The notes under the pieces were generated by a model. That model saw only the letters and a program-made list of their open reading frames with translations. It was not told the origin of the DNA and ran no database searches. The position numbers and the translations under genes were made by a program. From Amoebidium appalachense (taxonomy: Eukaryota; Protista; Ichthyosporea): 64,000 nucleotides of DNA. This document shows positions 40,008 to 64,000 of this stretch, piece by piece; positions within the stretch are counted from its first letter, which is position 1, and each line of letters begins with the position of its first letter. The DNA lies in contig CAVNZM010000011.1 of the NCBI GenBank assembly GCA_963693365.1, positions 6,033,921 to 6,097,920 of the forward strand, in the 5' to 3' direction.

Positions 40008-40904
40008 CGCGCCCGCGCGCGTGCGCGTCCCCCCCCCCCCCCTCTCTCTCTCACGTGGGGAGGGAAGGCCGAGGGGGCAGAAAGGTGAAGTGTGGTGCGC
40101 TATAACGGGATCCGGGACCCGGATCAGAGGAACTGAGAGAAAGAGACTCTGGAGAAAGGAGTTCATAAGAAAGAAACCGAATAGCGGACCGGTGGATCCG
40201 GAAACGCGAGGAAGTGCAGTGGCCGTCATAAATACTTTTGGACTTTTTGGCTTGCATGGAATCAAACGAAGCCTGCCTCGGCTGTACAGTACATGTACAT
40301 TCATGGTGTGCCCGTGGCTATACAGGGGCTTGGGTGTGGGCTTCTTCGAGGTAAGTTCAGAGGACAAAAGCCCTAGGTATAGGGAGATCGCATCATGTAA
40401 ACCGCTAGAATACAAAATGTTTGATATTATATCACCGAAATAAAAACATAAACCCATTAACCGTTGGCATAACCCTATGTGTGTCTGGGCCCTAAATGGG
40501 GTGGCGACCCCCCGCTAGAGGGGCCTAACGGCTCCTTCATGTCGCTCGGGGATCGAAACGTTGTCCCCTGATTATACGTCATCGTTACGTCATCAGATCG
40601 TGATTTGTCCAATCAGAGGCGAGAGGGCTATTGTCCGCTGAACATCTCTTGGCTTCTTCGAATTCACCTCATTTGTTCTCCTCCCCACCTCATCTCTGAT
40701 CTCCTACTTCCCCTTTTGCTTTTCCTTCTTCTTCCTTGTCTGTTTAATGCAAAAACACACTTGTGCTTCCTTCCCAAAGGAGCAAAAAAATTGCCCACGG
40801 TGGGTGGTTGGGTGGGTAGGGTGAAGAGGGGGGAATCGAGGGGGGAGGGGGGGGGGAAGGGGGGAAGGGGGGAGAGGGAGGGGGGCCCCCGGGGGGAGGA
40901 ACCT

Positions 40905-41154
40905 CTGTCTACACGCGCTCTCAGAACATATGGTATGCTTGGTTTCAAATGCGCTAAAATTCATGGGTATGTGGCCATGGGTTGGTGGATGGGTGGTCGG
41001 GTGGGAATGGGTGGGTGGGGGGAGGGGGGAGCTCTATCTACACGCGCTGTGCAAATCATGTTTTCATTGCAATTTATGATAGGCCCACGAATGATGTTAA
41101 ATTCATGGGTGGGTGGCCGTGGGTGGGTGGGTGGATGGTGTGTGTGTGTGTGTG

Positions 41155-41190
<36 letters not shown>

Positions 41191-41420
41191 TATCTACACG
41201 CGGTGTTCCAAACATATGTTTTGATTGGTTTCGAATGCAGTAACATTCATGGATGGGTGGGTGGATGGGTGGGGGGGAGGGAGGGGGAGGGAGGGAGGGA
41301 GGGGGGGGGGGGGGGGGGGGGGGGGAGAGAAGAGGGGGAAAGGGGGGAGGGGGCCTCTCTGTTTGCACTTGCTGTTCAAAACTTCTGTTTCGATTGGGTT
41401 TGAATACTGTTAAATTCACC
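40905..41420. repeat. Four diverged ~65-bp units separated by G-rich runs
   Basis: Variants of tctacacgcg..aacatatg..ttggtttc(a/g)aatgc..attcatgg at about 40905, 41035, 41190 and (weaker) 41355. Confidence 0.7.
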
Positions 41421-42135
41421 AATGCATAATGGCTACTTCTCCCTTTAGGAGCACCGGGCCAGCCGGTCACATTATGAATCATAGCTACATGTGGGCGGTC
41501 AACACATAGATAGTGTAACGAATCAGATACATCCAATCTGGAAAATAATAATATCGCGAAAATACTGGTGTGATGCATGAGTTCATAGATGAATGTGGTA
41601 GGCGAACCATTTTGGTATGGTGTCCTTGCAATAAGTACGTGAGGGTAGGCAGGTAGGTGTATACTGTTGTGGAGAAAAAAATACAGGTGGGTGTTACGTG
41701 GGGGCTGTCTACTAGTAGGGTGGATGCACAGTGTGTGTTTAGATGGATGTTATAAGAATATGGGCAACTTCACACGCGAGAATACACGTCTCTGTTCTGC
41801 AACACTAGGACGATTCAGAGACAGGAAAACCAAAAACGAGGCAGAAAAAGAGGCGGAATAGTGTAAGGGGCAAAAAAGGCCCAAAATCAGCTCAATAAGC
41901 ATTTTTGGTATCAGTGTTTGGTTACCAGATGTATCGTCTTTGAGCCAAATTTTTAAGTAGATTCTGGGAGAGTGCACCTGTCACCATTCGATTATAACTC
42001 TTCACGGCCAGCATAGAACAGAACAGAGGCAAACAAACAAACACAAAAGAAAAAGTGAGAGAAAACAAGACAGAGAGAAAGAGAAATAAAAAGAAAATCA
42101 AACCAAAGAAGATTTTTATTATTATTAACCAGTGT

Positions 42136-57340
<15,205 letters not shown>

Positions 57341-57914
57341 CTTATACGGTTTTTGTGTATTGTGCTTAAATTGTTGATAGCTAGTAGCGAAATTGGTCCT
57401 TCAATCAGAGTAAACATGAAGGTAGAACATAACATCGCCAAGTTTTGGTCAAGTGTGCTGTGGTGTGGCCGTGGCGAACGCACCAAGCGGATCCGGAATA
57501 TCACGTAATAGCACAACCTAAACATAACGAGCAAATATTCAATACAATTCAGGCGGGAAGACATATGATTGGTATATAAAATGCAGTTTTACCCATATTA
57601 GGTACACGCGCAAATACTGTGGTGGCTCAACAGTTTTATGATTTCATGCTTGCGCGAGGCGCGGCAGCGCTGTGCGTGCGCGGCACCACAGCTGCCAGTC
57701 TGCTGGTCGGGAAGTCAACAGACTGAAACCTAGACGAGAAGCACAAAGGGCACAACAGAGCAAGGGCTGTTAATGCATGCACATGTGTTGGTCATCCAAG
57801 CGCGTGCGGGTGCGCGCACACACACAGACACAGACAGACACACACACGGCATATACTGTACACACACCGCCCTCTCTTACATACAGAGAGACACACACAT
57901 TGTACACACACGCG

Positions 57915-58044
<130 letters not shown>

Positions 58045-58327
58045 AAAAAAAAAAAAAACACAGGTCGCACACTCACACGCCACACACACAGTGCCACTCA
58101 TGGCATACACACGCACACACATACACACCAGTTTTTGGTACACAAGCACTCGGTCACACACACTGTGACCCATGTGCACACACGCGGATGCATACGCTTG
58201 CAAAGCGAAAAGCTTGTCGCACTCGGATCCAAACCCCCACACACTCTCTCTTACACTACTTGTGGCAGACATACATGACATGAACATTTTTTTATTTTGG
58301 AAACCAATCAAACTCTTCTGCATGCAT

Positions 58328-58752
58328 CAAAAAAATCTGCCAGATTTTTCTTTGATACTATGAGTTTGCACTGGTAGGATCTGGTGCCTCATTTGCCCCC
58401 CTCCCCCCTCTTAAACCCCCCTCCCCTTCCCCCCCCCCCCCCCCCCTCCCGCCTTTCTGACTCTCATTGAATATTTAAATGTTTAAAAAATTCTAGACCC
58501 TAGAATCTTATCATGAATAATAGTTTTTATTGTTAGTTAATAAAAAAAAAAACCTGCCAGATGTTTCTTTGTTACTATGAGTTTGCACTGTTAGGATCTG
58601 GTGCCTCATTTGCCCCCCTCCCCCCTCTTAAACCCCCCCTTCCCCCCCCCCCCCCCCCCCGCCCCCCCGCCGCCTTTCTGACTCGAATTTGAATCAAAAT
58701 TCTAGACCCTAGAATCTTATAATTGAATAATACTATTTGAATGTTAGTTAAC
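58328..58752. repeat. ~215-bp tandem duplication
   Basis: ctgccagat..actatgagtttgcactg..ggatctggtgcctcatttgcc..ttctagaccctagaatcttat occurs twice. Confidence 0.9.
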
Positions 58753-58808
58753 CTTAACAGGGCCTCATAGCCTTAAAGTAAAGATTCGGATTACAACATC
58801 GCTAGGGG

Positions 58809-58851
<43 letters not shown>

Positions 58852-59233
58852 GAAGCCCTATGATTATGGCCAGATCTCTCGTGGACGCCGCTGAGAATAT
58901 CAAATGGGAAAAAAATTGATTGCAAGCCTTTGAACCTCAATCTCGAGTACAACAGTCACCCCAAACAGTTCAGCCCAATTTTGAGGTTTAAATCTGCATG
59001 TTTTACATTCAAAGATTCCTTTAAGTTCTGGCCACCCTCTAAAAACCAAAAAGGCACAAATAGTGTGCAGGCACAGGCTGCAGACTCTCAGGCCACAAGG
59101 CAATTATCGCTGCCCGAAAAAAAGCACATACACATACCATCCTTATCGATGATTCCACAATGGTCATCGCGATACAAATCCACCGTGCGATGGTCACGCT
59201 CTTCTACACTTCTGAGCCATAAAACAATAACCG

Positions 59234-59436
<203 letters not shown>

Positions 59437-60101
59437 CCTCCCCTCTCTCTCCCCCCCCCCCCCTCTCTCTCTTTCTTCTCTCTCTCTCTCTCTCTCTCTC
59501 TCCCCCCCCCCCCCCCCCACCACCACCAAAAAAAAAAAAAAAAGAAGAAGAAAAAACCCTCAAACCACCAACCCCACCTCCCGCCAATGGTCATTCACCC
59601 CATCACATCAAACTGTCTATGGAAAGTACCTGAAAAGGTGACAAATGAAAAGAAGAGTACATGGCCTTTGGACACGCAGTGTTTTCTGCATGTTGAGGCC
59701 TTTGGCCGCAGTATGATGACATTCATTGTACGCCTCTCTCAAAAGTTCTCCACCGTCACACAGACCATACAGATTCTGCGTCAATAGTCTAAGACGATAC
59801 ATGATCACGTACGGCATCCTGAGTTGTCACCTTCGTTAAATATATATGGCCAGCATAATTGCACTGACCACTCCCGCCAAGAGCAAAATAGGAACTACGG
59901 GCACCATGTAGCGGGTAACTCTGCAGCGGCGGCGGACCCGAAGTGCCAATTCACGGTCCGTACAAGACTCCATGCCTTCGGGTGTGCGTTCAACGTCGAT
60001 GCGGTGTATCAAATTCCCCAGGCTTACCATTGATTTTGGCAGGATACGGATTGCAATTGCCAACCGTGGCTATGGTGTGAAATCAGATTTACACAGGAGT
60101 A

Positions 60102-60165
<64 letters not shown>

Positions 60166-60399
60166 AAAAAAAGAAAAAAAAAAAAAAGAAAAGAAAAAAA
60201 GAAAACTTTGAACCCACAACTGTACTCAGTCTCAGTTTTAGTCTTGAAGTCCTCACTCTGAGTCAAGCCGATCGCGAGGCCCATACTAAATTTATGCAGC
60301 TACTGTATACGTAACTTCACATGTAAAGGGGTGACTGATCATGATACTATGATCATTTGAAACTATATATGAATATAGGCCCTACCGATCCTGGTGGGT

Positions 60400-60437
<38 letters not shown>

Positions 60438-60938
60438 CCCCCCCCCCCCCCGGCCCCTCCCCCTCCCCCCCAACCGCCAACACCACCAACACCACCACCA
60501 CCACCACCACCACAATCCACCACCACCACCACCACCACCAAACGTTCGTATATTTTCAAGCTTGACATATATGTGGTACCGGGTTTCTTTTATTATATGA
60601 TTATTTCCTCTCTCTGACTTCAGCAGTGCTTGCTTGATGATTATTAAAGGCTAAAGGGGGGTGGTGCAATATAACCCAATCGGAACAATTCGTATTTGCC
60701 TTATTTAGGTGGTATCGCAATAGCCAATAGGAAAGCTCATCGTTAAGCCCTGCTAAAGCTTTATCCCCCCACGCCCGGGCTCTTGAATCCCACACACCAC
60801 CCCCAAACTCCCACGCACACACTGCAAGAAAAACAGAAGCTAGCTACGGCCCATCCCCCCTACCAACTTACTGGACATTAGCGGGCTAGGTAGCCGGGAA
60901 AAAAACTATAGTTTGTAGGTGTCAAAGAATATTTCGCG

Positions 60939-63070
60939 ATGCATCTGCTCGCAGCTGCCTCCCGCTCGGGGCGACAACGGGTAGTCCTTGCCACCCTGAG
61001 CAAACCACACCTTCTGGTTCCCTCTGTAGCACCCATTACCACTCTAGTTGGGGGTTACAAACGCGGTTACAAGGAGTACGATTACGATTTGGTGGTGATT
61101 GGTGCTGGTGCTGCCGGATTTGCAGCGGCGGTACGCGCGTGGGACATGAAGAAGAAGGTGCTTCTTGTGGAGAAGAAATGGCTTGGGGGTGCCACCTTGT
61201 GGGATGGCGCGCTTTCGAGCAAGTGCATGTGGCAGCTTTCTCGCAGGACACGTGGCTTCCGTGAGCTTCTGGAATCTACCAGAAGCGGCCTCACCTACGA
61301 GGGGTCCTATCCAGAAACACAGCGCCTTGTTAACGATGCACAACTCGTAAAATCAGCGCAGCTAGAAGCGCAGTTGGAAGCGCTCCAAAAGGGCGGGTTT
61401 AGCACATCGCTTGAGCAGCAATTTGGTGGGCAGGTGGACCTTATGATCGGCCATGCATCGTTCATCGACCAGAACACAATCTCCGTTGCATGTGACGGGA
61501 GGCCACTCGTCGGCGTCCGCAAACCAAACACCCTAGAGGTCGGTTTTCACCATGTTAGCGCAAAGAAATTCCTCATTGCCACAGGGTCACGCCCACGAGA
61601 GGTACCCCAGTGGCCGGTCGACGGGCGCAGGATTATCAACTCGGACCACATATTTGGCATGAAAAAGATTCCCGAGTCCATTTGCATCATTGGTGCTGGT
61701 GTGATTGGGTGTGAGTTTACGGCAATCTTTTCCAATTTCGGACAGACCAGGGTGCATCTTGTGAACGAAAGACGTCCACGGCTTTTGCCCACCGAAGACC
61801 CCGATTTGTCACGGTTCATCACCAAGAGCTACGAGGATTCGGGGGTCAAAATCCACAACATGGTCAAGGTAACTACGGCCAATTCTCGGTGCCTACACAC
61901 GGAACTTGCAGATCCAGTAGCCTTGTAGATTTCTACCACAACTTGCGTGTTCTCTCGCCTCCCGCGGTGCTCTCTCCCACATTACACTCACTACCTCCCA
62001 CTTGGTTCCATAAAATCTCTTTCTTGAATGTCTGCAAGACTGACCCCTCTGCATCTCAGGCTGGTTCCCATTCCGCTATTCTGAATCCTGTTATTTACAA
62101 CGTCCATCCGCTTTCCCGGTGGCCTACGGCTGCCGATTTTTTTCAATCCGCCCCCTCCCACCCCTCCCCCCCCCCCCCCCTTCCTCCTCTCCTCCCTCCC
62201 GATCTCCCCTCCGTCTGCCAGCGAGGAAAGCACGTGTGCATGCATTGTGCTCTCTCCCCCTCTTTCTGCTTCTGTCCTCTTTCCCCTCACTTTAACACAC
62301 GTACACAAGTTGCACTTCTTTCGATTCCTCCCCTCCCTCCGGTCTTTCCTTCCACTCCCTCTCTCCCACTGCCTTGCAACAGCCTTTGCCCTTTACTTCC
62401 TTGGGACTTCAACACTCGTGCGCAGAGTCCCTTCACTCCCCTGCCCACATTATTTATCTACCCCCCCCCCCCCCCCCCCCTCCCCCCGTGCAAACAAAGA
62501 ACGAAAAACAAGCCACTCTCACCACTGACGTCTTTTGCAGATACCCCGTCATTTTCTTGTCCCCTTAACCATCTTAAAGCAAAGACATCCTTTTTTTGTC
62601 GATGTTCTCTTGTTTTGTCATCCACACGTACTCGCATCCTTCGATTGTTCTCCCCCCCCCCCCCCCCTTCCCCGGCTTGCAATCCCTCCCCTCCCCCGTC
62701 TCCACTTCAAGAACCCCCCCCCTCCCTCCCACCCACCCAGTCCGGCCTGCCCGCCCTCTCCACTCCGCACAAACCCAACGTTCTTGAAGCCCCCCCAACC
62801 CCTCTTCCACCCCCCCCCCCCCCCCACCCCCACCCCCACCCCTTTACCCCTGCACCCTTTTCTCTTCCACTCCCCCTCCCCCTCCCCCCCCCCCCCCCCA
62901 TTACACACAGACCCTATCCACCCAACCACCGCCGCACTTCTCCCATTGCCTCCATATTTGCCGCACCCCCCCGCCCCCCCCAAGTACACACACCCGCACT
63001 CACACAAATGCTCTGGTGTTGTATACTGTGCGTACATATAATGATTCGCTGGGAATTTTTTCTTTCGTAA

Positions 63071-63106
<36 letters not shown>

Positions 63107-63371
63107 CCCCTTCGCGGAATCTCCAACATTGCCGGGCTCTAATTTTTTTTTTTTCAACTCTAATTTCCCTATTTGGCTGTTTATCAACACCACTTCTCTT
63201 ATTTGGCAGGTGATCAACCTTGAAACTCGTGAGAACGAGGTTGCGGTTACTCTGGGGGACATTGTGATGGAGAACGGAGAGCAGAAGATTATCCCCCGGG
63301 AGCCCTTCACCGTCGAGTGTGTGCTCCTGTCTGTCGGACGTGTTGCAAACACACGGCATCTCAACATGAAG
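60939..63371 (+). CDS. Flavoprotein disulfide reductase family (dihydrolipoamide dehydrogenase / soluble transhydrogenase-like), 3'-incomplete
   Basis: Exon 60939-61868: DLVVIGAGAAG (FAD), LLVEK, GGATLWDGALSSK, IATGSRP, IIGAGVIGCEF (NAD); exon 63210-63371: VLLSVGRVANT. The N-terminus looks like a mitochondrial presequence. The gene continues beyond the window. Confidence 0.88.
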
Positions 63372-63373
63372 GT

Positions 63374-63405
<32 letters not shown>

Positions 63406-63421
63406 ACCCCACCCACCTTTG

Positions 63422-63548
63422 AATGTACCATGCTTCTCATCGTGTATGTGTACTTCGTACCGTGTTCCACATTCAAACCCCCCTCTAAATCCTCCCCCCC
63501 CCCCCCCTCATCGTGTATGTGTACTTCGTACCGTGTTCCGCATTCAAA
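63422..63548 (+). mobile_element. Two very short family A 3' ends in tandem
   Basis: catcgtgtatgtgtacttcgtaccgtgttcc(a/g)cattcaaa + C run, twice; a similar ~22-nt stub lies on the minus strand at 48993-49015. Confidence 0.8.
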
Positions 63549-63561
63549 TCCCCCCTCTAAA

Positions 63562-63595
<34 letters not shown>

Positions 63596-63731
63596 ACACA
63601 CACACACCACACACACACAAACACTCACACACACACGCGCGCGCACAGAAAGTTTTAGTAATGATGCTGTCTGTTGTTTTTCACGCGTCAGGCAAAATGA
63701 AACTCAGATGCAGTTAACGACTTGTCCCCTC

Positions 63732-63766
<35 letters not shown>

Positions 63767-64000
63767 AAGTAGGGTTCTGCTTATGTTGCACACCAAGCGC
63801 TGCTGATGTTGCATTGTACATGTTTGCTTTTGTGCGTGGGCACCGTTGAGTGTGTGCTCTTGTCTGTCGGACGGGCAAACACCCGCGCCATCTGAGCTTG
63901 AAGCTTTCTCTCTCTTCTCTCCTTCTCCCCTCCCCACTCCCTTCTCCCCCACCTTTCCCCTCCCCTGCTTGTGATGCAAGGTTTGTCTGACTCCCCTCTC

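Noticed and set aside
40540-40575. Minimal hammerhead-like string gatcgaaacgttgtcccctgatta
   Set aside because: No correctly placed CUGANGA or stem I/II, and only one copy, so no covariation support.

Overview
Intron-rich eukaryotic DNA, probably from a unicellular relative of animals (inference from gene content and animal-like PTS intron positions). Introns and spacers are packed with poly(G)/poly(C), (CA)n and (GA)n runs, so almost all of the supplied ORF track is noise. Five spliced genes can be read by hand: CSDE1/Unr (minus, 6972-23777), PTS (plus, 26536-29712), a RING-B-box-coiled-coil (TRIM-like) protein (plus, 35937-38779) with a truncated LINE in its intron, a mitochondrial bacterial-type prolyl-tRNA synthetase (minus, 42136-57340), and a cysteine-less dihydrolipoamide-dehydrogenase-family flavoprotein (plus, from 60939, running off the window). 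The main find is a set of related small retroelement-like repeats (437-bp unit in family A) that end in poly(C) tracts and lie on the host gene's sense strand. Three divergent families share a covarying ~160-nt RNA fold. It contains all hammerhead-ribozyme core pieces (CUGANGA, GAAAC, GUH) in an order that fits none of hammerhead types I, II or III, plus a conserved kink-turn. This is a candidate 'rewired' hammerhead/retrozyme system; activity is untested.
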